A stretch of 64,000 bases of DNA from an uncultured Dehalococcoidia bacterium (GTDB lineage: Bacteria; Chloroflexota; Dehalococcoidia; Lucifugimonadales; UBA3495), in assembly GCA_951813535.1 (NCBI GenBank), contig OX638345.1:664036-728035 (forward strand), read 5' to 3'. Below the pieces are notes generated by a model that was given only the letters and a program-made list of their open reading frames with translations, was not told where the DNA came from and made no database searches. Position numbers and translations under genes: made by a program. This document shows, piece after piece, positions 9,551 to 19,263 of this stretch (positions are counted from its first letter, which is position 1; every line of letters starts with the position of its first letter).

Positions 9551-10776
9551 AAACCGCGTTCATCCAGTCCGTCGGCGGCGCCAGCGGCGACATGCTGCTG
9601 GGGGCGCTGCTTGATGCCGGGCTGCCAACGGACGCTGTCCGGGAAACCATCGCGGCCCTGAGCATCACCGGCGTGGACATTGCGACCGCCACCGAGACCC
9701 GCTGCGAAGTTCACGGCACCCGCGCCCTGGTTGACGTGTCCGCCGCTCCCCGCTACTCACCGCAGCAGATGCTGGATGCCGTTGCGGGCGCGGCCGGACT
9801 GTCAGAACGGGCGCGGGATTCGGCTGCCTCTGTCCTCAACGCGCTGTTCGCCGCCGAGGCTCGGGTGCACGGGGATGATCCCGACCAAATCCACCTACAC
9901 GAGCTGGGCACCGCCGACACGCTGGTTGACGTGGTTGGTGTGGTGCACGGGCTCGAAATGTTGGGCGTCGACCGGGTTTATGCCGCGCCTCTGGTGCTGG
10001 GTGAGCCCGGTGGACCGCGCCGACCGGGCGGCTACAGCAATCCGGCGCCGGCAACGCTCGAGATCATCGCGGCGGCCGGCGCGCCGGTAGCGCCGGAGCG
10101 ACAGTTCCACGCCGGCGTCGGCGAGCTGACCACTCCCACCGGCGCGGCCCTGATTGCCACGCTGGCCGACGAGTTCCGTCAGCCCGCCATGACCCTCGAC
10201 CGCATCGGCGTGGGCGTTGGCGGCAAGGATCCGGCCGCCTTCCCCAACGTGCTGCGCCTGTGGCTGGGTCAGATCGACGGCGCGGACCTGCGGGCTGACC
10301 CCTCCGGCAAGACGGCGCCGCCCGTAGCCCGCTGGCAGGACAACGTGGTGCTGCTGGAGACCAACCTGGACAACGCCACCGGCGAGCAACTGGGTTTCGC
10401 CATGGAAAGGCTCTTCGAGGCCGGCGCCTTCGACGTCTGGCACACGCCGATACAGATGAAAAAGAACCGCCCCGGCGTGCTGATGTCCGCGTTGGGTCCG
10501 GCCGCGCTGGAATCCCGGCTGGCGGAGGTGTTCCTGCGGGACACGCCGACGCTGGGGGTCCGCGTCCGCCCGGTGGGCCGCTACGCGGCCGAGCGGGACA
10601 TCGTGACGGTGGAGACGGAGTACGGCCCCATGCGCCTGAAGCGGAAGTGGCTGGGAGGCGAGGTGGTCAGCGTGGCGCCGGAATACGAGGACATAGCGGC
10701 GGCGGCGAGGGAAAGGGGAGTAGGGTGGAGTGCCGTGAGTGAGGTGGTGGGGTCAGCGCACCTGGAGGCCCAATGA
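9547..10776 (+). CDS. larC: Nickel pincer cofactor biosynthesis protein LarC
   Basis: GASGDMLLGAL, AEARVHG..HLHELG, PAPAT, GELTTPTGAA, LETNLD, QMKKNRPG, PEYED. ATGA overlap with larE. Confidence 0.93.
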   Translation: MKTAFIQSVGGASGDMLLGALLDAGLPTDAVRETIAALSITGVDIATATETRCEVHGTRALVDVSAAPRYSPQQMLDAVAGAAGLSERARDSAASVLNALFAAEARVHGDDPDQIHLHELGTADTLVDVVGVVHGLEMLGVDRVYAAPLVLGEPGGPRRPGGYSNPAPATLEIIAAAGAPVAPERQFHAGVGELTTPTGAALIATLADEFRQPAMTLDRIGVGVGGKDPAAFPNVLRLWLGQIDGADLRADPSGKTAPPVARWQDNVVLLETNLDNATGEQLGFAMERLFEAGAFDVWHTPIQMKKNRPGVLMSALGPAALESRLAEVFLRDTPTLGVRVRPVGRYAAERDIVTVETEYGPMRLKRKWLGGEVVSVAPEYEDIAAAARERGVGWSAVSEVVGSAHLEAQ

Positions 10777-11568
10777 TCTGGCGAACGCGGCAACGTAACT
10801 CGAGAAGGGTTGATCAGGTTGTGACAGTTCCTGCAACAGGTACCGAGCATCGTCAATGTTCGAGTACAAATCGCCGAAATCGGACTCTATCTCAGCGATC
10901 AACGTTTCCAGATATACGTTCCTGATGTAGGGTAATCGTTCGTCTCCGCTCGCGTTGCCATTGGAGTCGGAGTTCAGGTCCAGGTCCTCGATGGTACGGT
11001 AGGCTCGCCACCAGTTCCCGGGTGATAAGTTCGACGAAGGCACCATCTGACCGGGCACTAAACTGTCGCTGTTGCCTGCTACCTCGGCGTCTTCCACAAA
11101 GCCGAGGTAATACTGGAAAAACGCCTCCGCCGGTTGTTTGCCCAGCACGAGGTTGGGACTGACGTAACTGTACGATTCATCGTAGTTCCCAGGTGGGCCC
11201 GGCCATTTTTCTTCCTTCTGAAAGTCGCATCGTTGGCACGCGTAGATCAGGTTGTCCCATGCGATCCATTCGTCGGGAAACAGTGAGCGTGGTCGGAAAT
11301 GTTCTATGACGGTTACCAGGCTGGCGCAGTCCTGTTCGCAATAGCCGCATATCCCGGCAAAGTTGCTTCGCAAAGCGTTCCTGATCGCCTAGCGGATACC
11401 TTCCCCGTCCTGTCCTTGCAGGTGTGCGGTGCAACATGGTGAGGGTTTGCGGTTGCGGCAATTCCGAACCTCCTCACCAGCGACCCCGTACAGTTCATCC
11501 CATTCATCGTAACGACACCTGATAGCGTCGAAAAAATCGGGTTCCGGCCAACGCTCAACCCCGTGCAT
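10753..11568 (-). pseudogene. HNH endonuclease (PtuB/retron-HNH-like) interrupted by an in-frame TAG at 11389-11391
   Basis: ATG at 11568, 2 nt after the ATPase stop, reads MHGVERWPEPDFF...EGIR*AIRNALRSNFAGICGYCE..IEHFRPRS..WDNLIYACQRCD in one frame. Confidence 0.8.
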
Positions 11569-11570
11569 GG

Positions 11571-12905
11571 CTACCCGTTGTCCTGGTTCAGTTCATCCTC
11601 CCGGCGCCGACGTTCCATCGCCTCGCGGAATCGTTGGGAGAATTCTTCGCGCCGCCTAGCCATCGGGCCACCGGCGAGTAAGTCACGGTCCACCAGACGG
11701 CGCAGTTCCTGCATCCGTTTTTGGCGTAGTTCTTCCTCGCGCTCGTCCGCACGTTCGCCCTCATCCCGAAGGCGCCGCAACTCTGCGGCGTTTCGGGCCG
11801 TCTCATCGTCGGTCGGATCGTCCACACCCATCATCGTGCGCAGAATCTCGTCCGCTGTCCATCCCACTATATCCTCGGTGTTGGTGGTGGTAGTGACGAC
11901 GCCGTTCTCGTCGCGGTTCAGCAGGTGCACCTGCCCTGCCTTCAGCCCGGCCACCACGAAGGGCGAATGTGTGGTGGCGAAAATCTGCAAACCGGGAAAA
12001 TGCTTCAGCAACGCGGGGATGACACGGCGTTGCCAGGTAGGGTGCAGGTGGTTTTCGATCTCGTCGAGGAGCAGGATGGCCGGCTGTTCATGCCATCGTC
12101 TACCCCGGCGGGGAGAGTGAGAATTCGCCAATTCGATGGCCAAGTGCCATATCCATAACAGCGTTCCTTGTGTACCGCTGCTCAAGTCTCCCAAGAAAAC
12201 GAAGCCGGTATTGGGGTCAACCGTTTTGATCCCCATGTCGTCATGGACGTTGGTAATGGACAACTCATGCTCACCCACCGGTTGATGATAAATGAAATCC
12301 CCCGGCGTACGACCAGAAACCAAAACATCCGAGCAAATGCTCTGAACGCACGAATAAGCTGTCTCTTTTACCGATTGGATTCGTCTGACTGCCTGCGGAT
12401 CTCTCCGCCCAGCTCGAACTAGGTCTGTCATTCCCTTTTGATACCGGTGAACACTTGTCCCGTCGAAACGGAATGCCGACAACCTTGATCGCATGGATTC
12501 TAGGGGATCAGGCTCGATTTCATCGCCCTCTTCTTCTAGGAACACCGGGTCAGAAGATTGCAGTCCTTGCATCCCATCAGTGTCATAAGTGAGCGGCAGG
12601 TTGAGCCGTGTGGCTGGGAAGTAAATCCACGGGATCAGATCAGAAAAATCCTTTTTGTTATCCGCCCGACTCTCTCTGCTACCCCTGTTCCAACGTTGGC
12701 GACGCGTTCCTTCCCTTGTCCAATCGTCGCTCAATTGGAACTCAAACCTGTCTTCGAACTCGATCCGGTACTGCAATGCCCGCAAGATTGTGGATTTTCC
12801 GGACGCATTCGGGCCGACCAGCACATTCACGTGATCATCAAATTCCACCTCCACCCGGTCGGTGAACGGCGAAAAGTCGGCTATGGCCATCCCCGTAATA
12901 TGCAT
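11571..12905 (-). CDS. ABC-type (AAA_21) ATPase, PtuA/Septu-like
   Basis: Walker A GPNASGKS, signature LSSGTQ, Walker B/D-loop LLLDEIENHLHP, H-loop TTHSP, charged helical C-terminus. Confidence 0.88.
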   Translation of the reverse strand: MHITGMAIADFSPFTDRVEVEFDDHVNVLVGPNASGKSTILRALQYRIEFEDRFEFQLSDDWTREGTRRQRWNRGSRESRADNKKDFSDLIPWIYFPATRLNLPLTYDTDGMQGLQSSDPVFLEEEGDEIEPDPLESMRSRLSAFRFDGTSVHRYQKGMTDLVRAGRRDPQAVRRIQSVKETAYSCVQSICSDVLVSGRTPGDFIYHQPVGEHELSITNVHDDMGIKTVDPNTGFVFLGDLSSGTQGTLLWIWHLAIELANSHSPRRGRRWHEQPAILLLDEIENHLHPTWQRRVIPALLKHFPGLQIFATTHSPFVVAGLKAGQVHLLNRDENGVVTTTTNTEDIVGWTADEILRTMMGVDDPTDDETARNAAELRRLRDEGERADEREEELRQKRMQELRRLVDRDLLAGGPMARRREEFSQRFREAMERRRREDELNQDNG

Positions 12906-12953
12906 CGTCGTTGCCTCCGTCCAACCAGTCTAACCTAACGCACGGCCTCACGA

Positions 12954-14093
12954 CTAATAATCTAACCACAACCGCCCCCACTCCGTCTTCAGCGCCTTGC
13001 GCACCCGCCCCTTGCCTATCGTGTTCAGCCAGTAGCCGTTGTGGTAGATGTTGCTGGCGGTGTAGGCCCAGGCGGCGATGGGTGAGCGGAGCAGGGCGTT
13101 CTCCAGCGGCTTGAGCGGACCCCAGTAGATCAGCTTCTGGCCCCGGCTGGCGAAGGTGTTCTCGTTGTCGGCGAATTTCCAGTTGACGCGGCTGATGTCG
13201 GGCTCGTCACCGACCACCTCGATGTCGCGCATGTCGCCCACGCCCAGGCCACGCTCGTGGGCGAGGCGGATGAACCGCAGGGACAGCGGGTCGAAGCCCA
13301 TCATGGAGGCGACCACGGCGTCCACCGCCACCTGGTCGGCGCCGGCGACGATGCGGTTCTTGATGTGCCAGCGCATGGCCCGGGGGCCGGGCCCGTCTCC
13401 GGCGAAGGTGCCGTCGGTTACGGCGAAGATGCCGGGGTGGATCTCCTGCTGGATGGCCAGCAGGTCCACCAGCGTCTCGTGGATCACCGAGTGGGTCCAG
13501 TGGCGCTTGCGGTGGAGCAGCCCGCCAAAGGCGTTCTTCATGGCGCCGGTCATGGTGGTGAAGACGTGGGTCTTCATGGTGGGCAGGTGGACGATGTTCT
13601 TGCCGGCGAAGATTTCGGGTATCTCGATGCCCTCGGGATAGATGTCGTCCAGCACCAGCATCTCGGCTTTGGGCTCGTACAGCACCCACGGCTCCGGCGG
13701 CGTGTCCAGGTGAACCGTGCGCAGGTTGTACTTGTCCTGCACCGGTTTGTGCTTGTTGTTGACCTCGCCCTCGAAGGAGTCGACGACCACGGTGCCGTTG
13801 TGCGCGGCGATGAGGTCCCGGTGGCCCATGTTCTGCAGCCCGTGGATGGCTCCTTCCAGTTGCCAAGGCGTCGTTGAGCATCCGGGGTACCAGTGCTGCC
13901 ACGATATGTTTATCTTCAGCAGCGTTTCCTGCTCCGGCGACAGGACCGACTCCGCGCCGGCCAGCCGCATCGCCCGTTCCACATCCTCCAGCACCGTCTC
14001 CGGCGTGGTAACCACCACCGACACCACCGGCGTTCCCGTCCTGCGACCGCCTGCCGATTGCGCAACCGTTTCTACCCGCTCCACAGTAGTCAT
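12954..14093 (-). CDS. DUF362 domain-containing (Fe-S cluster-binding) protein
   Basis: LLKINISW..PGCSTTP, HLPTMKTH...TGAMKNAFG, DQVAVDAV..MMGFDP. Confidence 0.85.
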   Translation of the reverse strand: MTTVERVETVAQSAGGRRTGTPVVSVVVTTPETVLEDVERAMRLAGAESVLSPEQETLLKINISWQHWYPGCSTTPWQLEGAIHGLQNMGHRDLIAAHNGTVVVDSFEGEVNNKHKPVQDKYNLRTVHLDTPPEPWVLYEPKAEMLVLDDIYPEGIEIPEIFAGKNIVHLPTMKTHVFTTMTGAMKNAFGGLLHRKRHWTHSVIHETLVDLLAIQQEIHPGIFAVTDGTFAGDGPGPRAMRWHIKNRIVAGADQVAVDAVVASMMGFDPLSLRFIRLAHERGLGVGDMRDIEVVGDEPDISRVNWKFADNENTFASRGQKLIYWGPLKPLENALLRSPIAAWAYTASNIYHNGYWLNTIGKGRVRKALKTEWGRLWLDY

Positions 14094-14114
14094 CAAACAT
14101 CTCCAATATTATTC

Positions 14115-14180
14115 TGACATCGATATACAGGATGTAAAAGATAAGCAGTTCTATCCTGATAATCCTGTATATCCATGCAA
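14115..14180. repeat. Palindromic intergenic element, subtype B copy 1
   Basis: TGACATCGATATACAGGATG...TATCCTGATAATCCTGTATATCCATGCAA. Its arms match the reverse complement of the element at 44800-44901. Confidence 0.8.
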
Positions 14181-14182
14181 AC

Positions 14183-15304
14183 TTACTTGTTGCGAAAATG
14201 TGGTATGACGTATTCGCCGAAGAGGCGGATGGAGTTCATCACCTCTTCGTGGGTCGCATAGCCGGCCTGGAAGATGGGCATGATTTCGTCCACACCCATG
14301 GCCTCGAACTCCTCGATGACGCGGATGCACGCGTCAGGGTCGCCCACGCAGTAGCCGCCGCCGGCCAGCAGTTCCTCGGGTGTGGGCGGTTTCTGCTGCT
14401 GCGGATCTTCTGATGGGCGGGATGGCCCGCCGCCGCGCACCGCGCCACCCTGCACGTAGAACCTGTACTCGTCAGGCACCGCGTCAGCATCGACGCCGGC
14501 CCACTCCAGCACGAACCGCTGACGGCTCTGCTCCAGGTACCAGGCGGCGACCTCGGCGCCCTTCTGACGAGCGCGGGCATCGTCCTCGTCGCAGAAACCG
14601 ATGGTGGACGCGACCACCTGCCGGTTCGTGAACCGACCCACGGGGTTGGCATTCTCGATGGCCTCGTAGTAGGCGCTCACCAGTCCCCGGGTCTTGTCGG
14701 TTCCGCCCAGGGTGTTGACCAGGCAGCCAACGCCCAGTTGGCCGGCGAGGCGGAAGGTGTCTTCCTGGGTGCACGCCATCCACAGCGGGGGATGGGGTTG
14801 CTGCAAGGGCTTGGGGATGACCTCGCGGGGCGGGATCTGCCAGTTCTCGCCGTCGTGGCTGAAGACCTCGTCGCACCACATGCGGGGCAGGCACTCCAGG
14901 GTCTCGACCATCATGCTCTGGGTCTGGGCCACATCCGTGCCGAAGGGAGTAAGCTGGTACGGCCCTTTGGTGCGGCCCACGCCCACGTCGACCCGGCCGT
15001 CGCTCAGGATGTCCAGCGTCGATGCGCGGGCCGCCACGTGCAGCGGATGATGCACCGGCGCCAGCACCACGCCGAAACCGAGCCGCATCTTCTTGGTGTG
15101 CTGGGCCATCACGGCCAGCGTCACTTCGGGCGCCGACGAGTGGGCGAACTCGGTGAGGAAGTGGTGCTCCACCAGCCAGACCCGCTCGAAACCCATCTCC
15201 TCCGCGTACTGTACCTGCTTGACCGCGTTCCACAGCGTGTCGTACTCGGCGGTGTCCGTCCACGGACGGGGCATCTGCAACTCATAGAACATCCCGAATT
15301 TCAT
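14183..15304 (-). CDS. LLM-class flavin-dependent oxidoreductase
   Basis: MKFGMFYELQ, AEEMGFERVWLVEHH, LDILSDGRVDVGVG, PKPLQQPHPPLW. Confidence 0.93.
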   Translation of the reverse strand: MKFGMFYELQMPRPWTDTAEYDTLWNAVKQVQYAEEMGFERVWLVEHHFLTEFAHSSAPEVTLAVMAQHTKKMRLGFGVVLAPVHHPLHVAARASTLDILSDGRVDVGVGRTKGPYQLTPFGTDVAQTQSMMVETLECLPRMWCDEVFSHDGENWQIPPREVIPKPLQQPHPPLWMACTQEDTFRLAGQLGVGCLVNTLGGTDKTRGLVSAYYEAIENANPVGRFTNRQVVASTIGFCDEDDARARQKGAEVAAWYLEQSRQRFVLEWAGVDADAVPDEYRFYVQGGAVRGGGPSRPSEDPQQQKPPTPEELLAGGGYCVGDPDACIRVIEEFEAMGVDEIMPIFQAGYATHEEVMNSIRLFGEYVIPHFRNK

Positions 15305-15346
15305 GGCGAATATCCTTTGGACGTGTTCGTCAGCGTACTGTCAATT

Positions 15347-16129
15347 CTACAACGCCGTCCATCCGCCATCGACGACCAGCAGATGGCCGGTGGTCGCGCC
15401 GGCGGAATCGCTGGCCAGGTAGATCGCGGCGCCCGCCAGTTCCTCGGGGTCCATGCGCCGGCCCAGGGGCATCTTGATGGCAAGCTCGGCGCGGACCTCG
15501 TCGGCGTCCCGGTCGTCCGCTTCCAGCAGGCCGGGCGTGGTGGTCGGCCCAGGCCCGATGGCGTTGACGGTGATGCCGTGCTGGGCCCATTCCAGCGCCA
15601 GCACGCGGGTGAGATTGGCCAGGCCGCCCTTGCTGGCGCAGTAGGCGGCACGGTTCACGGCGCCGACCACCGCCATCTGTGAGGCGATGTTGATGATGCG
15701 GCCGAACCCGTTGGGAATCATCAGACGCGCGGCGGCCTGGGAGCAGAAGAACGCCCCCTTCAGGTTGGTGTCCATCACCGCGTCCCAGTCCTCCTCGGTG
15801 ACCTCCAGCGCGGGGGCGCGGCGGCGGATGCCGGCGTTGTTGACCAGGATGTCCAGCCCGCCTAATTCGTCGGCCAGGCGGCGTATCGTGGGTCGGATTT
15901 CGGCGACGTCCTGCACGTCAAGGTCGCCGGCCAGCCCGACCTGGCCCTCATTGCGGATGCGCATGACCACGTCGGACAGGCCCTCCCAAGACTCGTCTGA
16001 TGCCATATCGGTGACGGCCACGTCGGCGCCGGCCTGCGCCAGGCCCACCGCCAGGGTTGCGCCAATCCCCCGCGCCGCGCCGGTCACCAGCGCTTTTCGT
16101 CCGGTCAAGTCCAATCCTGCGAAGGGCAT
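15347..16129 (-). CDS. Short-chain dehydrogenase/reductase (KduD/gluconate-5-dehydrogenase-like)
   Basis: TGAARGIG, LVNNAG, YCASK. AGGAG RBS before ATG 16129. Confidence 0.92.
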   Translation of the reverse strand: MPFAGLDLTGRKALVTGAARGIGATLAVGLAQAGADVAVTDMASDESWEGLSDVVMRIRNEGQVGLAGDLDVQDVAEIRPTIRRLADELGGLDILVNNAGIRRRAPALEVTEEDWDAVMDTNLKGAFFCSQAAARLMIPNGFGRIINIASQMAVVGAVNRAAYCASKGGLANLTRVLALEWAQHGITVNAIGPGPTTTPGLLEADDRDADEVRAELAIKMPLGRRMDPEELAGAAIYLASDSAGATTGHLLVVDGGWTAL

Positions 16130-16283
16130 ACCATTCTCCTGAAATCGGCGATGCACCGGATCCGGCGCTCGCGGGTGTACCGGCATTATAGCGATGGCGG
16201 CGGATGCTCTCTGTTGATGCTGCGTCGGACACCGTGATATCGTGATACGGGATAATATTGCCCGCGGATAAGCAGGGAACGCG

Positions 16284-16847
16284 TTGCTTGGGACCAGATC
16301 GCCAGGGTTGCTCATGGGTCTTGCCACCATCGCCGTGGCGGCGGTGTGCTTGAGTTTCGCGATAACTGCCTGGACGCTGAATACCGCCGAGGCCAACGGC
16401 GCGTCGACCATCATCATGGACCGCACCCAGGGCCCTTATCGCATGGTGGTGGGCATCATCCCGGCGCGGCCGGTGATACCCCAGACCCACCTGGCCATCC
16501 AGATATTCGACGTCGCCGACCCCCGCCCGCTGCGCGACACCGAGGTGCGGATGACCGTGGTCACGTCCGGGCCTCCCGGTTCCACGGGATTCGGCCCCCA
16601 CCAGGTGCTGAACGAGCAGACGCTGCGCTATTTCGAGGTCGATGTGCCCTTCGCGACCACCGGGCCGTGGGACGTGTCCGTAACGGTCGCGTCGGAACGG
16701 GGCGAGGAGACGTTCGTGCTGCCCCTCGATGTGGGCGAACCGGGCGCCAGCATTCAGTGGATCTGGATCACCGCGGTGCTGGTCGTGATCGTTGCCGTAG
16801 GGGCGTGGACGTGGCTCACCCTGCGCCGGCGCGCCTCCGCGGCCTGA
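16284..16847 (+). CDS. Exported beta-rich protein with C-terminal TM anchor (YtkA/FixH-like)
   Basis: N-terminal signal/TM segment, YFEVDVPFATTGPWDVSVTV, C-terminal TM plus RRR. Confidence 0.6.
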   Translation: MLGTRSPGLLMGLATIAVAAVCLSFAITAWTLNTAEANGASTIIMDRTQGPYRMVVGIIPARPVIPQTHLAIQIFDVADPRPLRDTEVRMTVVTSGPPGSTGFGPHQVLNEQTLRYFEVDVPFATTGPWDVSVTVASERGEETFVLPLDVGEPGASIQWIWITAVLVVIVAVGAWTWLTLRRRASAA

Positions 16848-18403
16848 TGAACCGCCGAGCGACTGGAATCCTCCTGCTTCTGAGTACGGCCGCGTTGGTC
16901 GCAGTCCTCGTCGGGGCATTCCCGGCATCCGCCAATGCTCACGGATTCGGCGAGCGGTACGACCTCCCGTTGCCCCTTTCCCTGTTTGTGATCGCCGGCG
17001 CTGCGGCGGTGGCGCTGTCCTTCGTCGTGGCTGCGGTGTTCCTGCGGGCCGGCGCCACCCACGCCCGCTACCCGCGTTACAACCTGCTGCGCCTGGCGCC
17101 CGTGCGCTGGCTGGCCTCCGCGCCGGTCACCGCCACGCTGAAAACCCTGTCCGTGGCGCTGACCGCCTACGTTATCGTGGGGGCGCTGATCGGCAACGAA
17201 CGGGCCGCGCTGAATCCGGCCCCGGCGGCAATATACGTTGCGTTCTGGGTGGGATTGAGCTTCTTCACCGCGCTGTTCGGCAACCTGTGGGCGCTGGTCA
17301 ACCCGTGGAAGGTAACGTGGGGGTTTCTGGAGCACATTTTCGCGATCATATCGGGTGGAGGCCGACTGAGCCTGCACCACCGCTATCCGGCGCGGGTGGG
17401 GCCCTGGCCTGCGGTCATGGTGTTTGTCGGCTTCGCCATACTGGAAACGGTGGCCGCCGACACCGCGGGACCCCGGGCGCTGGGCTGGATGCTGGTGCTC
17501 TACACCGTTTACAACTTCGTGGGGATGTACGTGTACGGGCGCGAGGTCTGGCTGCGCAACGCCGAGGGGTTCACGGTGGTTTACGGCTTCATGTCCCGTT
17601 TCTCGGTGACCGAGGTACGATCACCAACGTCGCGGTGCCGGCGATGCTCCAGCAACGGCCGGTGCTCCGCTGGCGAAACCGACTGTGTCGACTGCTACGA
17701 GTGCTACGCCGCTGCCCCGCCACCACAGCGCCAGTTCAACCTGCGGCCGCCCTGCGTTGGACTGAACCGCCTGGGCGTGGTGACCCTCACCGTGGTATTC
17801 CACGTTATCCTGCTGCTGTCCACCGTCTCCTTCGACGGCCTTTCGGCGACGCCGGAGTGGCTGGTGTTCACCGGCCAGTTCCTGCTCCAGTTCCCGATCT
17901 ACGGCGGCTACATCGCCAACCTGATCGGCGTGCTGGGATTGCCCGTGGTATTCGGACTGCTGTTCGTCGCCACCTGCGCAGCCATGGCCGCGCTTTCCGG
18001 CCAGGCCGAACCGGACGCCGGCCAATTGCTGCGCCGGTTCACCTTCTCGCTGCTGCCCATCGCGCTGGCCTACCACTTCGCCCACTTCCTGGGGTTCCTG
18101 CTCATCAACGGCCAGCGGTTCATCGTGCTGGCGTCGGACCCCTTCGGCTGGGGCTGGGACCTCTTCGGCACGGCCGACGCCATCATCAACATCAGCATTT
18201 TGTCGCCGGTTTTCATCTGGTATTTCTCGATCCTGGCCATAGTGGTCGGCCACATCGCCGGCGTGTATCTGGCCCACGTGCAGGCGACGCGGATCTATCC
18301 GACCCGGCGCGCTGCGCTGCTCAGCCAGGTCCCCATGCTGGTGCTGATGGTGTGCTACACTTGCGCCAGTTTGTGGATAATTTCGCGCCCCATCGCCGAG
18401 TGA
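16847..18403 (+). CDS. Polytopic membrane protein with Cys-rich loop
   Basis: TGATG coupling, signal-like ANA/HG, many TM segments, SLLPIALAYHFAH, SDPFGWGWDLFGT. Confidence 0.8.
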   Translation: MNRRATGILLLLSTAALVAVLVGAFPASANAHGFGERYDLPLPLSLFVIAGAAAVALSFVVAAVFLRAGATHARYPRYNLLRLAPVRWLASAPVTATLKTLSVALTAYVIVGALIGNERAALNPAPAAIYVAFWVGLSFFTALFGNLWALVNPWKVTWGFLEHIFAIISGGGRLSLHHRYPARVGPWPAVMVFVGFAILETVAADTAGPRALGWMLVLYTVYNFVGMYVYGREVWLRNAEGFTVVYGFMSRFSVTEVRSPTSRCRRCSSNGRCSAGETDCVDCYECYAAAPPPQRQFNLRPPCVGLNRLGVVTLTVVFHVILLLSTVSFDGLSATPEWLVFTGQFLLQFPIYGGYIANLIGVLGLPVVFGLLFVATCAAMAALSGQAEPDAGQLLRRFTFSLLPIALAYHFAHFLGFLLINGQRFIVLASDPFGWGWDLFGTADAIINISILSPVFIWYFSILAIVVGHIAGVYLAHVQATRIYPTRRAALLSQVPMLVLMVCYTCASLWIISRPIAE

Positions 18404-18430
18404 GGGCGGCCCAAGACGGAGGATTCAACA

Positions 18431-19246
18431 GTGCCTGAACGCAGCCCGCGACTGGAAGGAAAGGTGGCAATCGTGACCGGCGCCGGCTCCAGCGGCCCAG
18501 GCATCGGCAACGGCCGGGCCACCGCCACGCTGTTCGCCCGGGAGGGAGCCAAGGTCCTGCTGGCCGACATCACCGAGGAGCGGGCCGCCGAGACCATGGA
18601 GATGATCCAGGCCGAGGGCGGCGTGGCGTCCACCGTGCAGGCTGACGTGACCAGGGCCGCCGACTGCGAGCGCATGGTCGAGACCTGCATAGAACGCTAC
18701 GGTCGGCTGGACATCCTGGACAACAACGTGGGCATATCCCGCCGGGGCACGGTGGTTGAGGTCTCCGAGGAAGACTGGGACCACATCATGGCGGTGAACG
18801 TGAAGACCATCGTCATGGCCAGCAAGTTCGCCGTCCCGCGCATGATCGAGGCCGGCGGCGGCTCCATCATCAACATCTCCTCCATCGCCGGTCTGCGCGC
18901 CCACAGCAGCACGCCCTACACTGCGTCCAAGGCGGCGGTGATCGGCCTGACGATCTCCATGGCCGCCGACCATGGGCCCGACGGCATCCGCACCAACTGC
19001 ATCGCGCCCGGCCTGGTCTACACTCCCATGGTCGCGCCGCGCATGGACGACGACCTCCGAAACATCCGCAGCGGCGCCGCACCCTTGCGCACCGAGGGCA
19101 CGGCATGGGACGTCGGGAACGCTGCCCTGTTTCTGGCCAGCGACGAGTCCCGCTGGATCAACGGCGTGGTATTGCCCGTGGACGCCGGCCTGGTCGCCAC
19201 CTCGCCGGTGACCTACCAGACACTGGGGCAGCAGGTACGGGTGTAG
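18431..19246 (+). CDS. Short-chain dehydrogenase/reductase
   Basis: TGAGSSGPGIGNG, YTASK, LPVDAG. Confidence 0.92.
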   Translation: MPERSPRLEGKVAIVTGAGSSGPGIGNGRATATLFAREGAKVLLADITEERAAETMEMIQAEGGVASTVQADVTRAADCERMVETCIERYGRLDILDNNVGISRRGTVVEVSEEDWDHIMAVNVKTIVMASKFAVPRMIEAGGGSIINISSIAGLRAHSSTPYTASKAAVIGLTISMAADHGPDGIRTNCIAPGLVYTPMVAPRMDDDLRNIRSGAAPLRTEGTAWDVGNAALFLASDESRWINGVVLPVDAGLVATSPVTYQTLGQQVRV

Positions 19247-19248
19247 TC

Positions 19249-19257
19249 TGGTAGAGT
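19249..19257 (+). promoter_or_regulatory. Extended -10 (TGnTAGAGT) 6 nt before GTG 19264, probable leaderless promoter
   Basis: Sequence TGG TAGAGT TAAAGC GTG. No SD sequence. Confidence 0.45.
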
Positions 19258-19263
19258 TAAAGC

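Noticed and set aside
12927-12934. GTCTAAC (also near 4310 and 55454) as integron attC core sites
   Set aside because: No paired R''/R' boxes with an intervening palindrome and no integrase. Each reads TAGACT on the minus strand just upstream of a gene start, which fits a -10 element.
10753-12950. Retron system
   Set aside because: The ATPase + HNH pair resembles type I-A retron effectors, but there is no reverse transcriptase and the 48-nt gap upstream leaves no room for msr-msd.
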